A stretch of DNA of 30,603 nt from Candidatus Omnitrophota bacterium (GCA_043826355.1 JBDRQI010000025.1:1-30603); one strand, 5' to 3'; numbered from the stretch's first letter, positions 17,707 through 27,715 are shown. Made by a program: numbers and translations. The notes: generated from the letters alone by a model not told the origin.

Positions 17707-19506
17707 ATGTTGAAAAAAATATTTGTAATCCTGTTTTTTATTCTTGTTCTACTAACCAGCTGGGCTTTTGCCTACACGGAAAAAGAGTATCTGCAGCTGG
17801 CAAAGCTCGCCTACGAAAATGAGTTTTACGACGTTTCCCTCAGATACCTGACCCAGTTTGACAGTCTCTACCCGCAGAGTGAATTAAGACCATACGGCTT
17901 TATCCTTAAAGGCCTCAGCCTCAGAAAACTGAACAAACTTCCGGAAGCAAAAAAGGCATTTAGCGAATCCCTGGCCGATTATCCGGAAAGCCCTTACGCC
18001 AGCCAGGCCTATTACCTGCGGGGGGAAACAAACCTCTCCCTGAACATCTTTGCGGAGGCGGAGGATGATTTTCGCGGCGCCCTGAACGCAGGCCTGGCCG
18101 AAGAAACAATGCCGGCCGCCTATCAGGGGCTTCTGACCAGCCAGGCAAACCAGGGCAAATTTTTTGAAGCCCTGACCATTCTGGCGGAATGGGAAGGAAG
18201 ATATCCGGAATTGAAGGAAATTTCGGAAAACCGAAAGATATTAATCGGCGCCGCGGAACGAAGCATTGCCGCCGCCTTAAACGCAAAGGACTTTGCCAGG
18301 GTCCACGCCATCTCCGGAATCATGCTTGACCGCTTCCCCTCAAACCCGTCTCTTGACCGAATCTCCTATTACCGGGCAAACGCCCTTCTGCAGGAAGGAA
18401 ATATTGAGGCGTCCCGAAATGATTTTCTGCGGTTGCGCTCCAGTCCGGACCCGGAGATACCCCCGCTGGCAAACTTCCGCCTGGCCGATATCTCCCTTTC
18501 CCAAAAGGATTACGCCGGCGCCAGCCGATACTACCGTGAAGCGGAAGAGAAGAGTACCGACGGGGAAGCCAAAGCCGCGGCAAGGTTCCAATTAGGAACG
18601 CTTGCCCGGAAAGCTCGGGATTACGCTGGAGCGTCGGAATATTTTCAAAAAGCGCTGGATACCTCATCTCAGCCATCCTTGAAGGAAAAAGCGCTCTTTG
18701 AATTGGCCGGAATATCTTTTCTGGCCGGTGATTATCAGAAGGCCGCCGCCCTTTACCGGGAATTCCGAAGCGGTTTTCCGCAGAGCGAGTTCGCTGCGGT
18801 TGCGCTGCTTCAGGAAGCATTCGCGTTTTATAACCTGAAACGATATGCTGAGGCAAAGACCGCGTTCCAAAACCTTATCAGCGCCTACCCGGAAAATAAC
18901 CTGACCGGACAGGCCCAGTATGGCCTGGGACTCGTCTTTATCGCCCTGGGCGATGAACCACGGGCCGTTGCTTTGTGGGAACGATATCTGTCCGACAAAC
19001 CAGTCGCATCCGAACAGGCGGCAATGGTTTTGCTCCTGACCCGTTTCTTTATCAAAGAAGACCGGCCGGCCGAAGCGATTCCGTATTTGAAACGGGTTAC
19101 CTCTGCCGTCGGCCTGGACGATGAAACCCGGGCGGAAGCATTCCTGCTGTTGGGTCTGGCTTACCTGAAAGGGAACCGGATCGAAGAAAGCCTGTCTGCG
19201 CTTAACTCCGGGCTCGCCCTCAACCCCAGGCCGGAATTAAGAGATGGCCTCATGAAGAATAAGGCCGACCTGTTCCTGGCGAAAGGCGATTACCAGCAAG
19301 CGATGCCTCTTTACCAGCAATTGCGCCAAACCCTGCCGGAAAAAAAGGGGGAAGTTCTTTACGGAACAGCGGTCTGTCTTCAAAACCTGGGCCGGGTACC
19401 GGAAGCGATTCCGCTTTACATGGAAGCGCTGATGAACCTGCCGGCCGATTCGCCCCTGGCTAAAGAGATTAAGGCGGCGCTGGCGCAGATAAAGAAGAAA
19501 ATGTAG
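17707..19506 (+). CDS. Exported tetratricopeptide-repeat protein
   Basis: Signal peptide (MLKKIFVILFFILVLLTSWAFA); many TPR units with YPQS/YPES/FPQS turns. Confidence 0.88.
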   Translation: MLKKIFVILFFILVLLTSWAFAYTEKEYLQLAKLAYENEFYDVSLRYLTQFDSLYPQSELRPYGFILKGLSLRKLNKLPEAKKAFSESLADYPESPYASQAYYLRGETNLSLNIFAEAEDDFRGALNAGLAEETMPAAYQGLLTSQANQGKFFEALTILAEWEGRYPELKEISENRKILIGAAERSIAAALNAKDFARVHAISGIMLDRFPSNPSLDRISYYRANALLQEGNIEASRNDFLRLRSSPDPEIPPLANFRLADISLSQKDYAGASRYYREAEEKSTDGEAKAAARFQLGTLARKARDYAGASEYFQKALDTSSQPSLKEKALFELAGISFLAGDYQKAAALYREFRSGFPQSEFAAVALLQEAFAFYNLKRYAEAKTAFQNLISAYPENNLTGQAQYGLGLVFIALGDEPRAVALWERYLSDKPVASEQAAMVLLLTRFFIKEDRPAEAIPYLKRVTSAVGLDDETRAEAFLLLGLAYLKGNRIEESLSALNSGLALNPRPELRDGLMKNKADLFLAKGDYQQAMPLYQQLRQTLPEKKGEVLYGTAVCLQNLGRVPEAIPLYMEALMNLPADSPLAKEIKAALAQIKKKM

Positions 19507-19515
19507 TTTGTTGTG

Positions 19516-19547
19516 TGGATTCCCGATCTAAGCATTCGGGAATGACA
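19516..19547. repeat. GTCAT...ATGAC palindromic repeat, family B (right half)
   Basis: TGGATTCCCGATCTAAGCATTCGGGAATGACA; 30/32 match to 22505-22536. Confidence 0.85.
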
Positions 19548-19559
19548 GCATTTAAAATT

Positions 19560-20447
19560 ATGTTTTCCTCTAAAAAGACAACTTATTTTTGCCTGATGTT
19601 GTTTTTCATCCTCTACCCGCTCAGGCTCACGGCCCAAAACAACAACGAGTCGCTCCAGCTGCCGGAGAGGGTTATTCTGGGTGAAGACCGGACCTCAACA
19701 ACGGTCTTTCCTTTCCGGGAAGAAACCAGGCCCGATACCCCCCTGTCCTTAAAAGAGATTTCAGCCAAACTACCCCCGCTGTTATTTTCCGGCGTTACCG
19801 TAAGAGCCGGAAGCCAGAAAAATTTTGCCGTATCATTTTCCCGGCAGAGCAGCAACTGGTCTCTCGGCACAATAGCAAGCCAGGCCGGAATGGAACCGTT
19901 TCCGGAACCGGTCCAGGAATTGTCTCTTGCAATCAGCCGTAAAAAAATGGTCCGGCCCGGCATCCTGGACTTCTCGTTTTCGGTTGCCCGGCTCTGGAAC
20001 CTGCCGGCCAGCAAGAAAGCAGGCGCGGATTTCATTCCCGCCACGCTGGCGGAAGGCAAAGAAGCAGTGATTAGCGTCGGCGCCGCCTTCTTTCCGGAGA
20101 GACCTTTAAGCGCGCGAGTTTCCGTTGCCTGCCATTTTCTTGATGCGAAAGACGATACGGAGATGAAAGCCGTCTGGCCCGCGTGGTCGGTCGCGGCCGG
20201 CATCACCGCAAAATTAAATTTGAAGACCGGACTTACCATCTTCCTGGACTGTCCGTTCAGTTATGATAATCCGGCGGTTGAAATTCAGGGAATGTACCTG
20301 CCGGGCGCGTCCCTGAACTACCAGTTGCGGCCCAATAACGCCGTTACCCTGACCGTCAGAAACCTGACCGACCAGCGTTTTGAAATCCTGCCCGGCTATT
20401 TCGGTCCGGGCATAACCGCGAACCTGAGTTACTCCCGCTCTTTTTAA
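19560..20447 (+). CDS. Putative outer-membrane beta-barrel protein with a TonB-dependent-receptor-like C-terminus
   Basis: Signal-peptide-like N-terminus; amphipathic strands; C-terminal LTVRNLTDQRF..GY..G..LSYSRSF ending in Phe; start uncertain (19542 or 19560). Confidence 0.6.
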   Translation: MFSSKKTTYFCLMLFFILYPLRLTAQNNNESLQLPERVILGEDRTSTTVFPFREETRPDTPLSLKEISAKLPPLLFSGVTVRAGSQKNFAVSFSRQSSNWSLGTIASQAGMEPFPEPVQELSLAISRKKMVRPGILDFSFSVARLWNLPASKKAGADFIPATLAEGKEAVISVGAAFFPERPLSARVSVACHFLDAKDDTEMKAVWPAWSVAAGITAKLNLKTGLTIFLDCPFSYDNPAVEIQGMYLPGASLNYQLRPNNAVTLTVRNLTDQRFEILPGYFGPGITANLSYSRSF

Positions 20448-20486
20448 TCCCCCGTTTTTGTGATAAAATAAAGGTTTACCGCGGTT

Positions 20487-20654
20487 TGTCATCCTGGGTT
20501 TGTCATCCTGCGGAATAAAAATCCTGTCATTCCCGCCCGCGGATATTTTTTCCTGTCATTCCCGCAGGTCGTAAGCGGGAATCCCGTTCTTTAAAAGATA
20601 GATCCCCGTTTACCATCCCCGCTTAAAACATGCGGGGACAGGCTGCCGGGGACA
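20487..20654. repeat. Cluster of family B repeat ends upstream of lepA
   Basis: Four TGTCAT(C/T)C left ends (20487, 20501, 20525, 20554) plus a TCCCCGCTTAAAACATGCGGGGA hairpin that is a near reverse complement of 22465-22487. Confidence 0.8.
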
Positions 20655-20663
20655 ACAAGCATA

Positions 20664-22442
20664 ATGACACCCCAAAACAAGATTCGGAATTTTGCCATCG
20701 TGGCTCACGTGGACCACGGAAAGAGTACCCTGGCCGATCGGTTCCTGCTGAAGTGCGGCGCCGTTGAGAAGAGGGTTTTCCGGGAGCAAATGCTGGACAG
20801 CATGGACCTGGAGCGGGAACACGGAATCACCATCCGTTCCCACCCGGTAAGCATCCATTACAAAGATTACAATTTGAACCTGATTGACACGCCCGGACAT
20901 AGTGATTTTTCTTACGAAGTGGAAAAGAGCCTGGCGGCCGCCGAAGGGGTCATCCTCCTAATTGACGCAACCCAGGGCATCCAGGCGCAGACGATAACCA
21001 ACCTCCACCTGGCACAGCACCTTGACCTCGCCATCATCCCGGCCATAAACAAGATTGACCTGCCCAACAGCCAGGTTGACCTGACCCGAAAGGAAGTGAT
21101 GGAAATCCTGCCGGTCTTTGAAAATGAGATCCACCTGGTCAGCGCCAAAACCGGCTCCGGTGTGGATGAACTGTTAGACGCGGTCGTGAAAGACGTGCCC
21201 CCGCCGGAAGGCGACCCGAAAGAACCGCTTTCCGCGCTGGTCTTTGACGCCCGTTACAACCCCTACCTGGGCCTGGACCTGCACATCGTGGTTCGCCAGG
21301 GAGTTCTCAAAAAGGGGGACAAAGTCCTTTTGATGGGGCAGGATTTCGTTGGCGAGGCGCTGGAGATCGGCATCTTCAAACCCCAGCCGGAATCCGTCCC
21401 GGAACTCCGGGCAGGCATGGTCGGATTCGTTACCCTGGGCATCAAAGATTTCAGCCGCACGTTTACCGGAGATACCTTAACCCTTAAAATCAGACCGGCG
21501 GCGGCACCCCTGACCGGATACCGGAAACTGAAACAGTTTGTTTTCTGCGGCTTCTATCCGGCCGACGGAGAGAGTTTTCCGGCGCTGAAAGGCAGCCTGT
21601 CCCGGCTTAACCTCAGCGATCCTTCTTTTACCTACGCCGAAGAGCGTTCCGCGGCCCTGGGCATCGGTTTCCGCGCCGGGTTTCTGGGAATGCTCCACAT
21701 GCAGATCACCCAGGAACGGCTGGAACGGGAGTACGGGATGAACGTGGTCCGCACCACGCCGAACACCACCTACCGGTTTCGGATGAAGGATGGAGGGGAA
21801 CTGGAAATAAAGAGCGCGGCCGAGCTGCCGGACTGGAGCCAAATACAGGAAATACGGGAACCGTACCTGAGGGTATTAATCATCGCTCCGGCCAATTATT
21901 ACGGAGACGTCACCAATCTCTGCCAGAATTACCGCGCCGAGCAGGAAAAGATTGAATTCCTGGGCACGGATTTAATCCTCCTTACATATCAGATGCCGCT
22001 TTCGGAAATGATGGTGGATTTTTACGACCGGCTGAAATCATTGACCCGCGGCTACGGTTCCCTGGACTACGAATTTATTGACTACCGGCCCTCGGATTTG
22101 GTAAAATTAGACATTTTAGTCAACGGGAAAAAAGTGGATGTCCTTTCTTCGGTCATCCATCGGGAAAAAGCACGTTTCACAACCGGCCGCCTTTTAACCA
22201 AACTGCGCCGCAACATCCCCCGGCATCTTTTTACGGTGGTTATCCAGGCGTCGGTTGACAACAAGATTATCGGCCGCGAGGAAGTTGCTCCCTACCGGAA
22301 GCTGGTTACCGGTAAATGTTACGGAGGGGACATCACCCGCAAGCGTAAACTCTGGGAAAAACAGAAGGAAGGAAAGAAGCGCCTGAAGATGGTCGGCCAG
22401 GTGGAAATACCGGAGAGCGCATTTCTGGCATTGTATAAATGA
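20664..22442 (+). CDS. lepA: Elongation factor 4 (GTPase LepA)
   Basis: IRNFAIVAHVDHGKSTLADR, LIDTPGH, NKID, KCYGGDITRKRKLWEKQKEGKKR. Confidence 0.97.
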   Translation: MTPQNKIRNFAIVAHVDHGKSTLADRFLLKCGAVEKRVFREQMLDSMDLEREHGITIRSHPVSIHYKDYNLNLIDTPGHSDFSYEVEKSLAAAEGVILLIDATQGIQAQTITNLHLAQHLDLAIIPAINKIDLPNSQVDLTRKEVMEILPVFENEIHLVSAKTGSGVDELLDAVVKDVPPPEGDPKEPLSALVFDARYNPYLGLDLHIVVRQGVLKKGDKVLLMGQDFVGEALEIGIFKPQPESVPELRAGMVGFVTLGIKDFSRTFTGDTLTLKIRPAAAPLTGYRKLKQFVFCGFYPADGESFPALKGSLSRLNLSDPSFTYAEERSAALGIGFRAGFLGMLHMQITQERLEREYGMNVVRTTPNTTYRFRMKDGGELEIKSAAELPDWSQIQEIREPYLRVLIIAPANYYGDVTNLCQNYRAEQEKIEFLGTDLILLTYQMPLSEMMVDFYDRLKSLTRGYGSLDYEFIDYRPSDLVKLDILVNGKKVDVLSSVIHREKARFTTGRLLTKLRRNIPRHLFTVVIQASVDNKIIGREEVAPYRKLVTGKCYGGDITRKRKLWEKQKEGKKRLKMVGQVEIPESAFLALYK

Positions 22443-22459
22443 TGCGACGTATTTTGCCG

Positions 22460-22536
22460 CGTCATCCCCGCATGTATTAAGCGGGGATCCACACCTTAAA
22501 TTCTTGGATTCCCGACCTAAACATTCGGGAATGACA
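22460..22536. repeat. GTCAT...ATGAC palindromic repeat, family B (complete)
   Basis: CGTCATCCCCGCATGTATTAAGCGGGGATCCA..TGGATTCCCGACCTAAACATTCGGGAATGACA. Confidence 0.88.
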
Positions 22537-22573
22537 GAAAAAAAACGACGCGGAGTGAATATTTACAAACAAC

Positions 22574-23113
22574 ATGGAACCCAAAAAGCGCAAGAGTTTG
22601 AAAGAAGAGGCCTGGGAGTGGATAAAGTCACTGGTTATTGCCTTCGTTCTGGCGATGTTTATCCGCACCTTCTTTTTCCAGGCATTTAAAATTCCCAGCA
22701 GTTCCATGTACCCGACGCTTCAGGTCGGAGACCATCTCATCGCCAATAAATTGGTTTACCGCTTCCGCGATCCCGGACGCGGCGAGGTTGTCATATTCAA
22801 GTTTCCGGACAACACCCGGCGGGATTTCGTCAAACGGCTGGTCGCCCGACCCGACGAAAAGGTAAGGATTGCCGGAGGGAAAATTTATATTGACGGAAAA
22901 GAAGTAACCGATAACCGCATCACCGGACGCGAGTATTTCAATGATGAGGGCATGCCGGAAACAAAGGTGCCGACTGATGCCTATTTTGTGCTGGGAGACA
23001 ACAGCAGCAACAGCTATGATAGCCGTTACTGGGGTTTTGTACCGCGTAAGGATTTTCTGGGCGAAGCGCTCTTTATCTACTGGCCGCCCAAACGCTGGGG
23101 CGTCGTAAAATAA
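22574..23113 (+). CDS. lepB: Signal peptidase I
   Basis: IPSSSMYPTL, DFVKR, LGDNSSNSYDSRYWG; lepA-lepB synteny. Confidence 0.95.
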   Translation: MEPKKRKSLKEEAWEWIKSLVIAFVLAMFIRTFFFQAFKIPSSSMYPTLQVGDHLIANKLVYRFRDPGRGEVVIFKFPDNTRRDFVKRLVARPDEKVRIAGGKIYIDGKEVTDNRITGREYFNDEGMPETKVPTDAYFVLGDNSSNSYDSRYWGFVPRKDFLGEALFIYWPPKRWGVVK

Positions 23114-23133
23114 GCAAGGTGGCCGCATAACGG

Positions 23134-23157
23134 GTAGCCGCAGGCTTTAAGCCTGCG
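23134..23157 (+). repeat. GTAG-type REP hairpin
   Basis: GTAGC-CGCAGGC-TTTAA-GCCTGCG. Confidence 0.65.
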
Positions 23158-23174
23158 TTTTACGCAATCAGATA

Positions 23175-23801
23175 ATGGAAAACAAGAAAACCAAGCAGAA
23201 AGAGGAGCCGGAAGAGCCGAAACAACCGGAGAAAGAGACACCCGAACCACCCGGAGAAACGGTAACCCTGGCAAAAGAGGACTGGCAGAAACTCTCCGAG
23301 CAGGCAGCCAAAGCCGACGAATCCCGCGACCAACTGCTGCGGCTGGCGGCCGAGTTTGAAAATTTCCGCAAGAGAACGGATACTGAGAAACAAAGATTGG
23401 CCGGTTTCGCGGAATCGGTCCTCCTGTCAAAATTTCTGCCCATCCTGGACAGTATTGAACAGGTGTTGAAGTTCAGCGCCGAGGAAGAAGACAAGGAGAA
23501 CCTGAGCGCCGGCCTGACACTGGTTACCAAAGAACTTCACCGTATTTTTCATAATTTGGGGCTCAAGCCCCTGGAAGTGCTTGGAAAACCATTCGACCCG
23601 CACGCGGCTGAAGCCGTAGAGATATCCGAAGACCCGGACTGCGCCGAAGGAACGGTCCTTTCCATCCTGCGCACCGGATACCAATACAAAGGCCGGATTT
23701 TAAGACCGGCGCTGGTACGGATAAGTAAAGGGATTACACCCCCCAAAGAACCCCCGGGCAGCGATGCGAAAGACGGAAATTCTGGCGCCGGCGAAAATTA
23801 A
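23175..23801 (+). CDS. grpE: Nucleotide exchange factor GrpE
   Basis: LRLAAEFENFRKR, FLPILD, FDPHAAEAV, GYQYKGRILRPALV. Confidence 0.95.
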   Translation: MENKKTKQKEEPEEPKQPEKETPEPPGETVTLAKEDWQKLSEQAAKADESRDQLLRLAAEFENFRKRTDTEKQRLAGFAESVLLSKFLPILDSIEQVLKFSAEEEDKENLSAGLTLVTKELHRIFHNLGLKPLEVLGKPFDPHAAEAVEISEDPDCAEGTVLSILRTGYQYKGRILRPALVRISKGITPPKEPPGSDAKDGNSGAGEN

Positions 23802-24879
23802 TCTTTTTCTGGAAGTTTTCCCTAAGGGTCTGTCTCATGATAAAATCGCCGATTTGCCAGAGGCAATTTTGGAGCGAGACCAGGAGCGCAGAAGATTGCG
23901 TAGTCACTGTACTACTCAATCGATGAGCGACGCAGGCGCAGCCCAAAAGCGACCTGGCCCTTCGGGGAGCCCCATCTTTGGGTCATTGCTTCGTTGCTCC
24001 TCGTCCGTGTGCCGCAGTGGGCACGCGGACTTTGTCGCGCCTGGCACTGACCTCAAATCCGGGACTCCAAATAGGCAATTTTATCATGAGACAGACCCTA
24101 TGTCCGGAACAACCCTCCATCCGGTAGAAACAGTCATAGAAAAAGTAACCCTTTTTGACCGGCTCTCCCTTCAGACAACCCTTTCCGAAATAGAGTTCCG
24201 TTCCAATATTGTAAAACTAAATACCCCGGCAAACCTCGCCTTTAAGGCCGCCGCCCTCTTAAAAGATACTTACCGCATCAAAGAAGGGGTGCGAATCCGG
24301 CTGGATAAAAAGATACCGGTTTCCTCCGGTCTGGGCGGCGGAAGCAGCGATGCGGCCGCAGTCCTGCTGGCGCTCAACCGCCTCTGGAAGATTGATGAAC
24401 CGGTTTCGCGCCTTTTTCCCCTGGCGCTGCAACTGGGCTCGGACGTGCCGGCTTTCCTGGCGCCGGGCCGGTGCCGGGCCGGTGGTTTTGGCGAAAAAAT
24501 AAGATTGCTGCCTGCCGGAAAAAAGTTGGAATACCTCCTGGTCCTGACCGGAATTAAAAGCCCTACTATCCTTGCCTACCGCCGGCTTGATGATTTGACA
24601 TATAAACCTCGTTCCAGTAAAATGATGATTGCCGCCTTAAAAAAAGGCGGGGCCACCGAGGTTGCAGCAGCGCTTTTCAACCGTTTCCAGGAGGTGCTCA
24701 GCGAAAAAAACAGGGAGATAAACAAGTGGCGGAAATTGCTCCAGGAAAATTTTGGGTCCGGGCTTCTGTCCGGAAGCGGCGGTTCTTTCTTTATCCTGCT
24801 TACAGAAAAAGCCGCGGCGGTTGATTTGCAAAGATTCGGCAAGACAAAGTTTTTGGCGGTAACAACATTTGTTCTTTAA
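23764..24879 (+). CDS. ispE: 4-diphosphocytidyl-2-C-methyl-D-erythritol kinase carrying an in-frame ~91-aa insertion
   Basis: APAKINLFLEV, KKIPVSSGLGGGSSDAAA, LGSDVP, LSGSG; ispE-spoVG synteny. Confidence 0.92.
   Translation: MRKTEILAPAKINLFLEVFPKGLSHDKIADLPEAILERDQERRRLRSHCTTQSMSDAGAAQKRPGPSGSPIFGSLLRCSSSVCRSGHADFVAPGTDLKSGTPNRQFYHETDPMSGTTLHPVETVIEKVTLFDRLSLQTTLSEIEFRSNIVKLNTPANLAFKAAALLKDTYRIKEGVRIRLDKKIPVSSGLGGGSSDAAAVLLALNRLWKIDEPVSRLFPLALQLGSDVPAFLAPGRCRAGGFGEKIRLLPAGKKLEYLLVLTGIKSPTILAYRRLDDLTYKPRSSKMMIAALKKGGATEVAAALFNRFQEVLSEKNREINKWRKLLQENFGSGLLSGSGGSFFILLTEKAAAVDLQRFGKTKFLAVTTFVL
23826..24098. mobile_element. 273-bp MITE with 31-bp terminal inverted repeats
   Basis: GGGTCTGTCTCATGATAAAATCGCCGATTTG versus the reverse complement of 24068-24098 (29/31); flanked by TAA and TAT; no transposase. 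Confidence 0.9.
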
Positions 24880-24889
24880 TGGGGGCAAC

Positions 24890-25300
24890 ATGGAAATTAC
24901 GGAAACCAGAGTATCGCCGGTTGAAAAAGCAACCGGACGGTTAAAGGGCTTTGCGTCAATAACCTTTGACAACGTTTTTGTGGTCAGGGGCATCCGGATT
25001 ATCGAAGGCGACGAAGGACTTTTTATCGCAATGCCCAACCGAAAGACCGAACACCGCTGCCCGGCCTGCAGCGCCTGGAATGTTTTCCACGCGCGCTTCT
25101 GCAGCCGGTGCGGCAAAGAGGTTGCCGGAGTCCCGGAGGAAAACAAGAAAGAGGATAACGCCAAAAACTATCACGACATCGCCCACCCGGTCAGCAACGA
25201 ATTTCGCGAATATATCCAGACCCAGGTTCTGGCGGCGTACCATACACAGTTAAAAAATCCGACGGCACAAACAGCCGGCAGTAATTCAACAACACAGTAA
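24890..25300 (+). CDS. spoVG: SpoVG family protein with a zinc-ribbon insert
   Basis: [53 protein letters not shown] insert. Confidence 0.92.
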   Translation: MEITETRVSPVEKATGRLKGFASITFDNVFVVRGIRIIEGDEGLFIAMPNRKTEHRCPACSAWNVFHARFCSRCGKEVAGVPEENKKEDNAKNYHDIAHPVSNEFREYIQTQVLAAYHTQLKNPTAQTAGSNSTTQ

Positions 25301-25307
25301 TTTGCTA

Positions 25308-26144
25308 ATGGATTTTCAAACCCTGCAAACCACACTGCTCGGTTTCTGGCGGGACCAGGATTGCCTGATTTATCACCCAACCGGATTGGAGGTGGGCGCC
25401 GGCACGATGAACCCGGCCACTTTCTTCCGCATCCTGGGACCGGAAGACTGGCGGGTCGCCTACCTGGAGCCTTCGCGGCGTCCGGCAGACGGCCGCTACG
25501 GTGACAACCCCACCCGCGCCTACCAGCATTACCAGTTGCAGGTTATCCTGAAACCATCCCCGAAACAGGCGCAAAAACTTTACCTGGATAGTTTAAGAAG
25601 CATCGGCATTGACTGGCGCAAACACGATATCCGGTTCATTGACGACAACTGGGAAGCGCCTACGCTGGGCGCCTGGGGCGTGGGCTGGGAGGTATGGCTG
25701 GACGGCCTGGAGATTACCCAGTTCACCTATCTCCAGCAGGCCGGGGGGCTGGACTTGAAACCGATTTCCTGCGAACTTACCTACGGACTGGAGAGAATAG
25801 CCTGCTTCCTGCAGAAAAAACGGGTTATCTACGAACTGGACTGGTCGCCGGATTTCACTTACGGTAATTTAAGAAAACGGCCGGAGGCGGAGTTCTCAAC
25901 GTACAGTTTCCAGACGGCAAATATTGACCGGCACCTTAACCTTTTTTCGGAATACGAAAAAGAGGCGGAGAACCTCATCCGGCTGAACCTGGTCTGGCCT
26001 GCCTACGATTACGTCCTGAAATGTTCCCACACCTTCAACGTTCTGGACAGCCGGGGAGCGATCAGCCTGAGCGAAAGACAGCGCTTCATCGGCCGGGTCA
26101 GAAAACTGGCTTCCGCTTGCGCCCGGCTCTATTTGGGAATATAA
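25308..26144 (+). CDS. glyQ: Glycyl-tRNA synthetase alpha subunit
   Basis: [43 protein letters not shown]. Confidence 0.97.
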   Translation: MDFQTLQTTLLGFWRDQDCLIYHPTGLEVGAGTMNPATFFRILGPEDWRVAYLEPSRRPADGRYGDNPTRAYQHYQLQVILKPSPKQAQKLYLDSLRSIGIDWRKHDIRFIDDNWEAPTLGAWGVGWEVWLDGLEITQFTYLQQAGGLDLKPISCELTYGLERIACFLQKKRVIYELDWSPDFTYGNLRKRPEAEFSTYSFQTANIDRHLNLFSEYEKEAENLIRLNLVWPAYDYVLKCSHTFNVLDSRGAISLSERQRFIGRVRKLASACARLYLGI

Positions 26145-26145
26145 T
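26117..26145 (+). promoter_or_regulatory. Putative sigma70 promoter for tRNA-Leu
   Basis: TTGCGC-17 nt-TATAAT within the 3' end of glyQ. Confidence 0.5.
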
Positions 26146-26168
26146 ATTAGGTTCACTCTGTAGTTAAG

Positions 26169-26249
26169 GCCGGGATGGCGGAACGGCAGACGCGTACGTT
26201 TGAGGGGCGTATGGGGTAACCTGTGGGGGTTCGAGTCCCCCTCCCGGCA
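26169..26249 (+). tRNA. tRNA-Leu(GAG), CCA not encoded
   Basis: Acceptor stem GCCGGGA/TCCCGGC, anticodon arm TACGT-TTGAGGG-GCGTA, long variable arm, GGTTCGAGTCC T-arm. Confidence 0.93.
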
Positions 26250-26250
26250 C

Positions 26251-26373
26251 TGCTACTCGATAAAGGGACTCGAAAGGAGCGAAGTAAGGTGACGCGACTG
26301 AATAAGGAGCGTTGCCAGCGGGGGGCCTAGTCGAACGCAGTGAAGTGAGACAGCCGAGTCCCCCTCCCGGCAC
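26251..26373. mobile_element. tRNA-Leu-associated mini-element ending in a duplicated tRNA 3' end
   Basis: 19-bp direct repeat CGAGTCCCCCTCCCGGCAC (26232-26250 and 26355-26373); anti-T-arm GGGACTCGAA at 26265-26274. Confidence 0.75.
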
Positions 26374-26452
26374 GTAAGAAACAGTGATTCGGACCTTTTT
26401 CGCAGACCCGCACCAGATAGTCTAATCCGCTGCCTATCAATCATTTTTAATA

Positions 26453-27715
<1,263 letters not shown>

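Noticed and set aside
15319..19547. Repeat right ends (..ATGAC) systematically supplying start codons
   Set aside because: The ATG is in frame with the downstream gene at 15319, 15729 and 19542 but not at 13901, 13925, 15341 or 22531, which is about chance level. ORF-track N-terminal extensions there are likely artefacts.
22504..22689. ORF MDSRPKHSGMT.. (and the similar start at 19515)
   Set aside because: It is a translation of the family B repeat and overlaps lepB out of frame.
23826..24098. ispE insert as an intein or group I/II intron
   Set aside because: It has no Cys/Ser..His-Asn splice motifs and no recognisable intron core; long TIRs indicate a MITE.
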